Below, one piece after another: positions 32,515 to 43,673 of a DNA stretch of 64,000 nt. Position 1 is the first letter of the stretch. Every line of letters begins with the position of its first letter. Both the position numbers and the translations under genes were made by a program. Source of the stretch: Chrysochromulina tobinii (Eukaryota); assembly GCA_001275005.1 (NCBI GenBank), contig JWZX01003401.1:1-64000 (forward strand), read 5' to 3'. The notes beneath the pieces were generated by a model. The model was given only the letters and a program-made list of their open reading frames with translations, made no database searches and was not told the origin of the DNA.

Positions 32515-34734
32515 ATGGCCGCCCACGTCATCACGTCGGCCATCGAGATCAACGACCTGCGCGTCGACTGCATTGTGGGCATTCGCGAGCGCGAACAGCG
32601 CTCTTTGCAGCCCCTCATCATTGACGCGCGGCTCTCGCTGCCGCTCGACGGCCCTGCCAACACTGGTGACCTCACCACAAGCGTCAACTATTCGGCGATC
32701 TCAAAGCAGCTCGCGTTTGTCGCCGCGCACGGCCAATGGGGACTGCTTGAGAGTCTTGCGAGCGCGCTCGCCAGCCACATCCTGCTGCCGCCAGCCGGTG
32801 CCGAGGGCCGCGCGCAGGTGCGCGCCGTCGAGGTTCGCATCCGCAAGCCTGATGCACTCAAGGGACTTGCCGTGCCAGCAGTGCGCCTCTGCCGCACGGC
32901 TCCCGAGGACGGCGCGGGCGGCAACATTCAGGTACGCGAGGTGTGCGAGGGTGTGCGGCTCGACGTGCTGGAGGAGAGCCCCCTGGGTGCTGCGTATCGG
33001 CTGCGGCTCGCACCGAGCGCGTGCGTGCCGCTGCCCAACGACGACCTCGCCGCCCACGTCCTCGCCGGTGGCGCCTCCTTGAGCGACGGCAGCAAGCTCA
33101 AGGAGGGAGACGTGCTGCCACGTGGTTCGGGCGCTGTGCTGCACGCTGGCTCCGAGGGCCTCGCGCTGCTCCTCGTCGGGCGCCGGCTGCCGTCGGGCGC
33201 CCTCGGAGACACCAGCCTCACGACTGCGTACATCGCTCTCGGGAGTAATCTCGGAGATCGGGCAGCTCACGCAACGTCGGCGCTGCGCGAGCTGCGCACG
33301 CGCTGCGGCGAGGTGACGCGCGTCTCGCAGCTCTACGTCACCGCACCGCAGCACGTGATCGAGCAGCCCGACTTTCTCAACGCCGCGTGCGAGCTGCGCA
33401 CCGCCCTCTCGCCCGCCGCGCTCCTCGTCGCACTCAAGGGCATCGAGCGCGATCTCGGACGCTCCTCGGGCGGGGTGCGCTACGGGCCGCGCGTCATCGA
33501 CCTTGACCTGCTCCTGTACGGCGACCGCGTCGTCGAGTGCGACACGAGCGAGGGCCCCCTGAGCGTCCCTCACAAGCTCCTGCTCCAACGGACTTTTGTT
33601 CTCGCGCCTCTGTGCGACGTGGCGCCGGCCGTGCGGCATCCTCTCACAGGACGCTCGATCAGGCTCGAGTTCACGCGGCTATGCACGGCGGAGGCGACCA
33701 AGGGCGAGCGGCTGCCGCAGCGCGTGCTCCCCGTGCGCGCCGATGTGATCTGGCCACTGGGTGCCAGGACGTACGTCATGGCCATTCTGAATTTGACGCC
33801 CGACTCCTTCTCAGATGGAGGCCGTGCGCTGGACACAGACGTGCACGCGGCAGTGGCCGAGGCGAAGGCGCTCGTCGAGGCGGGAGCGGATGTGGTCGAT
33901 CTCGGCGCCGAATCCACTCGACCGGGCGCTGAGCGCGTCACTGAGCACGAGGAGATGCGTCGACTGCTGCCGGTGATTCGTGCCATACGGGACGCCGGGA
34001 AGGACGACGCGGCCGCAACGGCCGGCGCGGCGGGAGGAGCAGCAGGTGGCAGCGCTGGCGGCTGGGGCAAGCGGGTTGTGCTCTCGGTCGACACGACACG
34101 CGCGAGTGTGGCGGCGGCGGCGGTGGCGGCCGGAGCAGACATCATCAACGACATCTCGGGAGGCACGTTCGATGAAGGGATGGTCAAGACGGTGGCGACG
34201 CTCGGGGTGCCATACATCGCAATGCACACGCGCGGCACGCCAAAGACGATGCGCTCACTCGCCTCCTATCCCGGCGGTCAAGTCACAAGCATCGTGTGCG
34301 ACGAGCTGGAGCGTGTTGTGCGGGCGGCGCACGCTGCCGGCCTTGCGCCTTGGAGCTTGATCGCTGACCCGGGCATTGGATTCGCTAAGGATCCGCAGCA
34401 GTCGATGACGTTGCTGCACGAGCTGCCCGCCTTCGTTCAGCGCATCGTTGGCGCGCAGCCGGGCGGCGGCGGCGGCGGCGGCGGCGGCTGCTGTGCCTCG
34501 CTCGTGGGGGCCTCTCGGAAAGGATTCATTGGACAGGTACTCAGTCAACCCGACCCGCTCCAGCGCCAGTGGGGCAACGCCGCCACGACGGTCGCGGCCA
34601 CAGTCGCCGGGGTCGACATCGTCCGCGTGCACGAGGTGAGCGAGATGCGGCAGGTGGCGATGATGGCCGATGCTATCCACCGCCGCGCAGGGGGCAGCGG
34701 CGGCGCTGCTCCAACCCCGCTGGCAAAGTTGTAA
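32515..34734 (+). CDS. FOL1: Trifunctional folate enzyme DHNA (FolB) + cupin-like insert + HPPK (FolK) + DHPS (FolP)
   Basis: DHNA: VGIRERE, SVNY, LLESLA, IRKP. HPPK: YIALGSNLGDR, DFLNA, RYGPRVIDLDLLLY. DHPS: ILNLTPDSFSDGG, GAESTRPG, INDISGG, DPGIGFAK, GASRK, VRVHEV. Confidence 0.95.
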   Translation: MAAHVITSAIEINDLRVDCIVGIREREQRSLQPLIIDARLSLPLDGPANTGDLTTSVNYSAISKQLAFVAAHGQWGLLESLASALASHILLPPAGAEGRAQVRAVEVRIRKPDALKGLAVPAVRLCRTAPEDGAGGNIQVREVCEGVRLDVLEESPLGAAYRLRLAPSACVPLPNDDLAAHVLAGGASLSDGSKLKEGDVLPRGSGAVLHAGSEGLALLLVGRRLPSGALGDTSLTTAYIALGSNLGDRAAHATSALRELRTRCGEVTRVSQLYVTAPQHVIEQPDFLNAACELRTALSPAALLVALKGIERDLGRSSGGVRYGPRVIDLDLLLYGDRVVECDTSEGPLSVPHKLLLQRTFVLAPLCDVAPAVRHPLTGRSIRLEFTRLCTAEATKGERLPQRVLPVRADVIWPLGARTYVMAILNLTPDSFSDGGRALDTDVHAAVAEAKALVEAGADVVDLGAESTRPGAERVTEHEEMRRLLPVIRAIRDAGKDDAAATAGAAGGAAGGSAGGWGKRVVLSVDTTRASVAAAAVAAGADIINDISGGTFDEGMVKTVATLGVPYIAMHTRGTPKTMRSLASYPGGQVTSIVCDELERVVRAAHAAGLAPWSLIADPGIGFAKDPQQSMTLLHELPAFVQRIVGAQPGGGGGGGGGCCASLVGASRKGFIGQVLSQPDPLQRQWGNAATTVAATVAGVDIVRVHEVSEMRQVAMMADAIHRRAGGSGGAAPTPLAKL

Positions 34735-35078
34735 GACTAGCGCAGAAATCAAGTATGGAACGCGCCGCGACGCGGAGGTGGCGGCGGGTGGCAGCACGTG
34801 CGCGAGGGACGGCGGCGAGAAGGAAAGAGTGAGAGACTCCTACATGTGATCGCCGACCACGGCCACGTCGTCGCACGCGCAGCATTCTTGTTCGTCATTT
34901 GACGTAACCTAAGACGCCGAGGAATCCGCTCAATCGAATCACGAAGCGTCTACAGACGCGCCTGTAAAATGGTCACTGTGACTAATGAAACTCTATGTAA
35001 GACACTCGAACAGTAAACTATAAGGTCCTCGCCTTCCGATAGGACCTACACTGTCGTACTGAAGCTACGTAGTAGGTC

Positions 35079-36917
35079 TCACCCGCCAGCACATGGGCAG
35101 CCAAGCTGCTTGAGCAAGCTATGTATAATGGCCAAGTTGACTCCCTCGTGGAACCCGCTGTGATTCTGCAGCAGCGGCTCATCGGCGGACCGCTGGCCAC
35201 CCTCCCGTCGCTGCAGGCACTTTATATAATTTGCCATCCGCTCCTTGCCCGTCAAGTGCTCAAAGACAAAGTGGCACACATCAACGTGGATGCTATCGTG
35301 AAAGGCCGCGCTCGGCGCGCTCGCGGTCAGCAGCGCCGGCTCATCCCACACAGCCACGTCTGCATTACGCATGGCGATGCGCGCAATTTCATTCATGCGC
35401 TGTACGAGCACCGGGTAGCTTGTTGGGTATCCACTCTTGGCGCAGCCTTGCGCAGCCAGATTGGCATAGGTTGACTGACGCCAAATGAAATGGACAGGTG
35501 GGGCCAGCATAGTCTCTACGCCATACGTCACATTGGCCGCAGCGGTCGTGTTGGTTGCGTTGGTACTGTTCAGGGGGCTCCTGCGCTCGTCAATCCGCGT
35601 CAACAGCCTCCTGTGCTGGACGAGCAGCGAGGTGGTGTTGGTGGCGTTCCCAAGCGGCGTTTGTACGAGCTTCACGTTGGTCAGCATGGCGGCCCTAAGC
35701 CGCCGCGCCCGTTCAAAGACAAAAGCTAGTCGGCGAATGTTCAGACGATACCTCTCGAGGGGGGCGATCCGGAGCGTTTTCGACGCGCGTGGGCTCTTCG
35801 TGCCGTCGAGGTAGGTCAGGGGCGCGACGTCGTGTGCTGCGGAGCCGATGACGACCACCCAGCCGTGCAGCGAAGAGAAGAAGCAGCTCCATGCATCGAT
35901 GAGCCAGTCAGTGCCCACGACCAATTCAAGTCCATAGTGATTGGGGATGAGCAGGGGATCCGCCCACACGACCCGTGCATCATCAGCCTGCTGCCGCAAG
36001 TACTCAGCACCCCCAGTGCCGTTGCCCAAATGCTCCGCCAGCCTTTCCACACGCTTGCAAACCCCCTCGTGTTGGTTGCCGACGACGGCGCACAGCTCTA
36101 GGTAGTCGCCGAACAAGGTCGAATCCCCGAGGAGGAGGAGGCGGCGATTCGCGAGGCAGACGGCAGCCTCTTGCCGGCTGCAGGTGCCGCGTGACCCACA
36201 GGGCATAGGGGCGCTCAATTGCCACGCCCACCGCACGTCTTGATCTTCGCCAGTCGCACCGGCGTGCAGCCGCCCGCCGGCGTGTCGCCGGTGCATTGTA
36301 GACGATTGAATCCAAACACCCGCAGCCTCATCGCTGCTGCAAGGTGCGCCAGTCGTCTGTCGCTCTGGGAACTCGTCGAGCGTTATATTCAACGGTGGCA
36401 TCGATTGCGAGACGCACTGCATGCCTTCGCAGATCTCATCGCCCAAAGACGATGTTGTGCAGGTGCGGAAGCTGCGAAGGGTCACATCCGAGCCCCTATT
36501 GTAATCGAGGCTTTGTTGGTCCCAGCGTTGCTCAAGGAAGCTGTCGGACTTGGTAGTCCATAGGAGGGTCGGCAACGCCTGCAGCAAAGCCTCACCCCAG
36601 ATATGCGGACTTCCCACCGATGCAATGTAGATGCCTTGCCCAAGGTCTTCTGCCTGCACACGCCAGTGAGTTCTTTCCCCAGAGAATGCGACCTCCCATG
36701 CATCGCCGCCGGACAGCTTTCGGCGGCCGTCGTCAGAAAATGCCGTTATCTGCACTGCTTGAACGCCATCTGCAGCTCGGACCACTCGTGCAACGCTGCG
36801 CCACGGCGATGCTTCGCACACGGTGCACGAGGAGGCGTTACTTGCTCGAACCGGCACTAATCGGTCGCCGCCGTAAGCTCTCGCGCACACCACCAACGTC
36901 GCTGTCGACCGCAGCAT
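35079..36917 (-). CDS. NXPE/PC-esterase-like SGNH protein with Ig-like N-domain
   Basis: GRRKLSGGD..AEDLGQGIY resembles the filamin/NXPE Ig motif. CLANRRLLLLGDST provides the GDS motif and FHDSIH a C-terminal DxxH. ATG at 36917 chosen as start. Confidence 0.6.
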   Translation of the reverse strand: MLRSTATLVVCARAYGGDRLVPVRASNASSCTVCEASPWRSVARVVRAADGVQAVQITAFSDDGRRKLSGGDAWEVAFSGERTHWRVQAEDLGQGIYIASVGSPHIWGEALLQALPTLLWTTKSDSFLEQRWDQQSLDYNRGSDVTLRSFRTCTTSSLGDEICEGMQCVSQSMPPLNITLDEFPERQTTGAPCSSDEAAGVWIQSSTMHRRHAGGRLHAGATGEDQDVRWAWQLSAPMPCGSRGTCSRQEAAVCLANRRLLLLGDSTLFGDYLELCAVVGNQHEGVCKRVERLAEHLGNGTGGAEYLRQQADDARVVWADPLLIPNHYGLELVVGTDWLIDAWSCFFSSLHGWVVVIGSAAHDVAPLTYLDGTKSPRASKTLRIAPLERYRLNIRRLAFVFERARRLRAAMLTNVKLVQTPLGNATNTTSLLVQHRRLLTRIDERRSPLNSTNATNTTAAANVTYGVETMLAPPVHFIWRQSTYANLAAQGCAKSGYPTSYPVLVQRMNEIARIAMRNADVAVWDEPALLTASAPSAAFHDSIHVDVCHFVFEHLTGKERMANYIKCLQRREGGQRSADEPLLQNHSGFHEGVNLAIIHSLLKQLGCPCAGG

Positions 36918-37116
36918 GCGAAGTGTGGAAGATTCGCGCGGGGCAGGTCCAGGTGTGAAACCGTTAGCAGGACACAACCAGAAAAAAGGTTCCCTAAAAA
37001 TCCCGCGAGGAACTACATGTCCATGTAAAAGAGGGGACCGGCTTTCTCCCAATTTAGTCGACGTGTTTGGAGTTCCCAAAAGTCGAAGCGTTCGGACATA
37101 AAGCGCGCGCGCGACC

Positions 37117-38142
37117 ATGCCACAGTACATTGCAGGCGCCCGTGGGAACCGCGATAGCGGGATTTTCTCGAATGACAGCCCGTGGGCCCAGCCCGACAAG
37201 CCGGCGGCCTCTAAGGGAGGCGATCCCAGGCCCAAGGGCGGCGACTTCCTCGACCGGCTGGCGCAGGCTGAAGCCCGTGATGACTATCACACTGGCGCCC
37301 AGCAGGAGCAGGAGCGTCAGTACCAGATGCATCTCCAGCAGCAGATGAGGCAGCAACAGCAGGAAGCGGCGATGAGGCAGCAGCACATGCTCCAACAGCA
37401 GCAGGCGAAACACCAGCTGCAAATGCAACAGCAGCAGATGATGATCGCTCAAAAGCAGCAGCAGCAGCGGTATCAACAGGATCAGGAGATGATGGCACAG
37501 AGGCTCTCGATGCAGCAGGTGCAGCAGCAGCAGCAGCAGCAACGGCAGCAGCCGATGCGCGGCCGCGCGCCCTCGCCTCGCCCTGCAGAGAAATCCCCGA
37601 CTCCTCGTGCAAAGAAGTCTTCGATGGGTGATCACCTGGGCGGTGGCGTATGGGGAGCTGACCAGCCGTCGCCTCGCAACGCACGCCCAGGAAGCCGCAT
37701 GCGCGGGCGGGAATCGCCTCGCGCCAATGTGAACGCGCCCGCGGCCGGCGGATTCGCTCGCCTTGCGGCTGACGGGCATCGCGATGTGAACAGCCCTCCT
37801 CAAAACGAGCATGCGGAGCATGGGCGGCGCTCAACGATCAGCCTGGGCTCGGATGCCTGGGATGCCTCGGCCCCGGAGCAGCGCGGCCGGGGGCCAATGA
37901 ACGGCCGAGGAGGCATGGCTCGAGGCAACTCACCGCGTCGCGCTCCCGAGGACGAGTACGAGGCAGGCAGCACAGCAGCCCTCCGTGCGCGGCAGAAGCA
38001 GGCTCGCGCGTTCACGCCAGAGCGCCGCGCTCCCTCGCCGCGCGACCAGATGGGGTACGAGGAGCGGGCGGCCGGTGCTGGTCGCGCGCACGCGTCGGGC
38101 GGACGTGGGGCCCACCTGGCAAGCACCTTTGAATTTGGCTGA
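37117..38142 (+). CDS. Gln-rich disordered hypothetical protein
   Basis: 341-aa ORF with GC3-biased codons, a Q/M-rich helix and short motifs (STISLG, terminal STFEFG). Confidence 0.65.
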   Translation: MPQYIAGARGNRDSGIFSNDSPWAQPDKPAASKGGDPRPKGGDFLDRLAQAEARDDYHTGAQQEQERQYQMHLQQQMRQQQQEAAMRQQHMLQQQQAKHQLQMQQQQMMIAQKQQQQRYQQDQEMMAQRLSMQQVQQQQQQQRQQPMRGRAPSPRPAEKSPTPRAKKSSMGDHLGGGVWGADQPSPRNARPGSRMRGRESPRANVNAPAAGGFARLAADGHRDVNSPPQNEHAEHGRRSTISLGSDAWDASAPEQRGRGPMNGRGGMARGNSPRRAPEDEYEAGSTAALRARQKQARAFTPERRAPSPRDQMGYEERAAGAGRAHASGGRGAHLASTFEFG

Positions 38143-38938
38143 GTCCTCGAGCAGCCGAGGCGGCATCTTCTCGCGCGCATGGAACCGTCTCAACCGTACT
38201 TTGAGACACGCCACTGAATCGCGTGAATGTGAAGTGGGTCTGTTACGGGCTGCCCGATGTGTGTGTGTGTGCCTCCTATGTGAGATGTGAGTGTGACCTG
38301 TGGGGGTGTGTGCGCCAACGTCGCGTGATCATCCGCACGCGACGTCCGGTCGCGCCGTCCCGCTCGTCGGGGTGCCGTGGTGCGCCGCGCTCGGCGACGG
38401 CGGTGCGGGGCGGCATGGCGCAATTCAAGGATCAAGCTATCTTGGTATTCTGAACCCGCAACCAGCACAGGTGTCAACATGTGTCATGTCCAGCGTGCAG
38501 CGTCCACGGTCGCCAGTGCGGCCCGGGAGCGGGCAGGCCGGGCCGCGGGCGGTATGACGTATGTGGAGAATGGAAAGAGTGACAGTGACGAGCGATCAAC
38601 GCCGGCGGATTCATAATTCATAATTACGATATACGCTCGATGATAAAAGGAGGAGCACCGTAAATCGCGCGCCGCTCGGCGGCGGCGGCAGCGATCGATG
38701 CTGCAGCGCGCGCGCGCCGCACACAATCAATCGGACACCATGAGAGACCAAAACACTACCGGGGACTTGAGAGAAAGGGAAGCTTCCCGCGGGCCCATGA
38801 GAGACCATCGGCCCCCGCGGCGGCGAGGCCATCGGAGCCCCAAACGCCCAAAGCGCAAATGGCTAACGCCGATGCGCTACAAAGCAAACCACTTGCCACG
38901 GCCTAGCACACGAATGGAGATCACGGGCACGCCATGGC

Positions 38939-39727
38939 TCAAAACAGATCGTAGCCGTCCCGGCTCCGCCGGTAACTCCGGAGCATTCGCGGGTCACGGC
39001 GCGTCGGCCGCACCATGCCGTTGTAGTCGGGGGGGAGATTGGGTCCGTAGTACGGGTTGCCGCCATAGCCTTGGCTTTCGTACGGCGGCATGTCGAGCGG
39101 CATGCGGTAGCCACGACCCCTCAGGCCGAAGAAGTCCGAGAAACCGCCTACGAAGCCACGAATGGGACCGTCGTAGCCATCTCCATCTTGTGGCAAACCA
39201 ATGCCGGGGACAGGCAGGACATCACCGCGTGAAAAGGCATACTCGAGCGCAACGGCGGCGAACCCAAAGACGAGCCACCCCTCTCCAAAGTAGACGGCCA
39301 GCTGCTTTGTTAACGAGCTGTCCCAATAGTCCGAAGGAGGGAGAGATGCGATTGCGCGGCACAAAGCGAATGCGCCTACGGCGCCTTGCCTGAGCATGCT
39401 GTTGTCATCGCTGCGGACGGTGCAGCGATAGACTGCACCGAAGAGGCCTAGCTGCGCCAACAGCAACCCAACTTCGAAACCAACGTATTCTGAACTTATG
39501 TACTCGACCTGGTCGGTGAGGGACAAGGCCAACGGCGACAAAGGAATCGATGCCAGGCCGCCAGCGAGGGTCGAGATGGCACACGCCTTGACGGCCTCCG
39601 TTTTCTGCATTTCGAGGTAGAGCCGTACCGAACTTGTTGCCGAGCGTCGACCGGCCGATGGCCGCAGACGCGGCGCGTTCGGAACTGGCATGAGCGCTAG
39701 CAGCCCCACGCCTATTACGCCCAACAT
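38939..39727 (-). CDS. Putative plastid membrane protein of a conserved cyanobacterial/plant-type family
   Basis: Signal-like MLGVIGVGLLALM plus an Arg/Ser transit-like stretch. LFGAVYRCTVRSDDNSMLRQGAVGAFALCRA resembles a motif I recall from uncharacterised cyanobacterial and plastid proteins. Confidence 0.6.
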   Translation of the reverse strand: MLGVIGVGLLALMPVPNAPRLRPSAGRRSATSSVRLYLEMQKTEAVKACAISTLAGGLASIPLSPLALSLTDQVEYISSEYVGFEVGLLLAQLGLFGAVYRCTVRSDDNSMLRQGAVGAFALCRAIASLPPSDYWDSSLTKQLAVYFGEGWLVFGFAAVALEYAFSRGDVLPVPGIGLPQDGDGYDGPIRGFVGGFSDFFGLRGRGYRMPLDMPPYESQGYGGNPYYGPNLPPDYNGMVRPTRRDPRMLRSYRRSRDGYDLF

Positions 39728-39936
39728 CTGCGATGGAACACGTGTGCGGAAGGATGGGAGGGTGCTGGAAGTGGTGAATCTGAGATTCGGATTGTGCGTT
39801 TGACTAAACGCATCTTGCCGATAACACGATCGTCGGACGACACCCATGACCTTTTAAATATGACCCTCTTTTACGTTGCAGTGGGATGTGCTGTGGCCCT
39901 ACCACCTCTGCCCTGTCCTTGCTCTGCCTTCTCCTC

Positions 39937-40154
39937 CAAGTCAAGTCAAGTCTATACATAAACAACAGACAACCATACGGAAGCCTATCGAATGTGCTCC
40001 GGAAGCCAGCAGTGGAGGACGGGAGTGGGCGGAGATGGCGAAGGGGTCCGTAATGAGGTGACACGTCATAAGTGCTGACATACGTGCCCTCGGAGAACAA
40101 GTAGGTGAGAAGTAACGGGCCGATCTCGAGCCGACTTGACTTGACTTGACTTGA
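39937..40154. mobile_element. Small dispersed element, copy C (longest), with possible ctcctc target-site duplication
   Basis: (TCAAG)n, the shared core, ~100 nt of extra sequence, then ~4 CTTGA units. ctcctc at 39931-39936 and 40155-40160. Confidence 0.65.
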
Positions 40155-40381
40155 CTCCTCCATGCTGTATTCCTGTCTGAGCACCTTGCTCCTTGGGGAG
40201 GTTTCGTTGGGGTCCGTGCAGAGTATGGCAAGTAATTCTGAGCCTGCCCAGCCCGAGGGCCACGTGCAGTCCCCGGGTGGCGATAATGAGAAACAGAGAA
40301 AGCATCAGCGGGGGAGGCTTCGCAAAAATTCCCCCGACATCACACCGTCTTGGTTTGGGTTTGGTTTCGTCATTTATACCT

Positions 40382-42000
40382 TCAGACCACATGCGGTGTG
40401 AAGGCCCGCTGCAGGCGACGAAGGCGGCTCTCATTGTCCATCTGCTGCGAGCCCCCGTCGGCGGAAATAGCCTTGGAGGTCGGGACTCCACTTGGACAAA
40501 GATGGCTGGCCTGCTTGGGCTCCTTGGCCCCGTCCACCCCGTCCTGTGGCCCCGCCGCTCCGTGTTTGGAGTGGGCCGGCCCCTTGCATCGCCCCGCGGC
40601 CATCTGCAGGCGCTGGTAGAGGTGCTCCGACTTGGCGCTGAGGTGAGCGCTCGCTACGGCGCCCGCGCCCGCGTCCCCGAAGCCCCCCCGGTCCGCCGCT
40701 ACTGTGGCCACCGTCGCTGCCGGGGGCGCTCGAGAGGGCGCTCGAGAGGGTGTGCGCCTGCTGCGAGAGCACGCGGAAGGCGTGCGTGCTTGCCTCGGCA
40801 GCGCTCGACAACGCCTGCAGCTCCGGCGGCAGCGCACGCGCGCCCAGGAGCCCAGGCTGGGGCGACGCAGCGGCTGCGTGCATGGCTGCGTCGCCTGTCA
40901 CCGACGGGCCCGCCGCCGTGTCGAGCGTCGTGGCGAGCGTCGTGTCGGGCGTCCGCCACAATTGCACCCACGGTGCGCTCAGGCGAGCGCGACTCAGGCA
41001 GAGGAGCTGCGCGGCCGTTGACTGACCATACTCGAGGGCGCGCTGTAGTGGGCAGTGCCCATGCGCGTCGCGAGCGTCCCAGGGGCACCCAGGGCGCACG
41101 AGAAGCGCTGCGAGGGCCCGAGCAGCGCCGAGGGCCGCCAGATGGTGTAACGCACTCCACCCCATTTCGTCACGCGTACTGAGCAAGGCAGCGAGCGTCA
41201 CGGGCCGCCCGCGATGCGCCGACAATAGGTGGGCGTCAGTGGCATTGTCCGCAGGCTCGTCGGTTTCGTCCGCAGGCTCGTCGGTTTCGTCCGCAGGCTC
41301 GTCGGTTTCGTCCGCAGCCTCGTCGGTTTCGTCCGCAGGCTCGTCGGTTTCGTCCGCAGGCTCGTCGGTTTCGTCCGCAGGCTCGTCGGTTTCGTCCGCA
41401 GGCTCGTCGGTGGCGACGGCATCGAGAGCAGCAGCGTCGGCAAGAACAGCAGCGCCGTGGTGGGCACCCCACTCATCATACGCACCATTCACCATCGAGT
41501 CGTCGATGCGCTCGAGGATGGAGGCGAGTCGGCGTTTGAGGCTGAGCGCATCCGTGCGCCCACCTTGTCCGATGCCAACGCCGCCCATCTCGGCATCGCC
41601 TCCATCCGCCCCTCGAACACGCGTGCCATCAGCTCCATCCTCGTGTGGAGGCGCGAAGTACACAAAGGCGGAGGCTGCGAGCGTGAGCGCATCCGTGAGC
41701 ATGCATTCATCATCCTGCGCACCTGCCTCCACACCTCCGCGCGCACCGCCCGCGCCTTCGTCGGCAGCGGAGTGGATGATGCTCGTCATCAGGTTCACTT
41801 CGACCACCCGCTCAGCGAGGCGGCCCATGGCACATGGCGTTGTGGTGCACTTGAGCAGCGAAGGAGAGCACACGACGACGCGCACTGCCTCGCTCTCACC
41901 AAAGCACACCCGCACGCCTGGGTGCAGGTGTTCTCCATGTAACCACACCTCCGTGCCGCCGCTGCAAGACCCTCGCTTCGGACAGATGTCGAAGACGCGC

Positions 42001-42061
<61 letters not shown>

Positions 42062-43565
42062 GCAGCGTGGGCGTGGTGCGCACGGAGGAAGCGCTGCTCG
42101 AACCGCTGCTTCGGCGCGTATGAAGACTGGCTGGCTCCTCCGAAGAGGAAAGCTCCGAAGTCACAGAGAGGGAACCTGAGAACTGATCCGAAGTCACAGA
42201 GAGGGAACCTGAGAATCGACGAAACAGTAACGGCTGCCACTCGCCGCCCGCTTCGGCGCCCGTGACGGGGCCAAAGCTCGAGACCGTCTCTGACGGCGCC
42301 ACGCTGGAGCCCAGGTCGTTCAGGAGCGGTGCCCCGCGAGATTTCTTGGGCACGCTGCCGCCGCCTGCAACCTGGATGGTAGACGGCGCGGCGGCGGCGG
42401 CGGTGGCGGCGGCGGCGGCAGCATCACCTCCGGTGGGCGATGGCTTAGTGCGGCTATTGTACTCGCGGCGGAAGGCCTTCTCGGTCTCTGAGAGGGTATG
42501 GTACGAATTGCGCAGCGTCACCGCCGTCGGCTGGCGCACAGCGCACAGCACGCGGCGAGAGGCACGATGGACAAGCGTATACGTCAGCCCATACGCATTC
42601 TGCTGCATGCGTTGCTCATCGATGCTCGTCGCCTTCTTGCGTGCGGCGGAGGCGGGCTTGTGCTCAATGACGAGGTCCTTGAAGACCGCCACGTGCTGCG
42701 GGCTGCCGCCGGCGACGTCAGCCGCGCCGCCACCGGCACTGAGGACAAGGCCGCCGCGCAGAGCCTCCTCGGGAAGCACTGACCCAGTCGCTACATGGTA
42801 GAGCTGCGCCTGGAACTCGACCTCGGCAGCCTCGACGGGACCGTACGCAGTGACCTGCGGGGCGGGCACCACCGCTTTCTGCCACACCTGCTCGGATCGT
42901 GCCTCAGTCTCGAGGTCGAGCGCCCAGAGCGCCGCGTCTAGGAGGAGCACCATCCCGTGCGAGAAGGGCACCGCCCCGACGACGTGCGCGTGGCCGACGC
43001 GGGCCGGCCAGCCGTCATCGATGGTGCTCTCACCGTCGGTGCAGTGCACCGTGCCCTGGAGAGAGTGCATCGCGGCGCCCATGCCGCGAGTGCACACATG
43101 GGCCGAGCACAGCCGATAAAGCGCGGTGCGGTCAGCGAGCATCCGGGGCGGCAGTGTCTGCATCGCAGCATCAGACGGCGCTAGAATAATCAGACGCGGC
43201 CCGCCACTTGGCGGCTGGGTAAGACGTAGCTCGCTCGTCAGCCCGCACGATCCGAGCGCTTCCACGAAGCACGAAATCTTATGAGCGATCACACTCTCAA
43301 AGAGGGTGCAACACGCGGTCGCCTCGGCGGCCTCGGCAAGCGCGGCGGCCTCCACGGCCTCGTCAAGCTCAGCTTGAGCCACCTCGGACAGGTAGGAGAG
43401 GTCGAGTACGCTCAGGTCGAGCTCAGCTCCGAGTGATAGCTCGTGCAACGCCATCCAGGATCGGGAAGTGCTCGTGAAAGTGCAGTGGCGCGAAAGTGCT
43501 CTTTTGGGCGAATCCAGGATCACCTCCGGCTCCTGTGCTTCGGGGCCCGGAGAGTTGAACAGCAT
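40382..43565 (-). CDS. FAS1 + uncharacterised domain + IPT/TIG + ankyrin protein; possible frameshift at 40722-40726
   Basis: FAS1: IILAPSDAAM..LCSAHV..HGMVLLLDAAL. IPT: ICPKRGSCSGGTEVWLHGEHL..VCFG..SPSLLKCTTTP. ANK: DEMGWSALHHLA, DAHGHCPLQRA. The stop is 40431 as assembled, or 40382 in the better-looking shifted frame. Confidence 0.7.
41247..41411. repeat. 21-nt coding minisatellite x~8 (DEPADET)
   Basis: gtccgcaggctcgtcggtttc repeated with one variant unit. Confidence 0.95.
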
Positions 43566-43577
43566 GAGGGATTCGAC

Positions 43578-43622
43578 TGACTTGACTTGACTTGACTTGA
43601 CTTGACTTGACTTGACTTGACT
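43578..43622 (+). repeat. (CTTGA)n array between divergent genes
   Basis: About nine perfect pentamers, ending ~50 nt upstream of the LRRCC1 ATG. Confidence 0.95.
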
Positions 43623-43673
43623 TCGCGCGAAAGGCAGGGGGTTCTGCTTGCTCGCCACACTGGGCGCGCGACC

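Noticed and set aside
41247..41411. 21-nt array as CRISPR or iterons
   Set aside because: Contiguous repeats with no spacers, in frame within a CDS.
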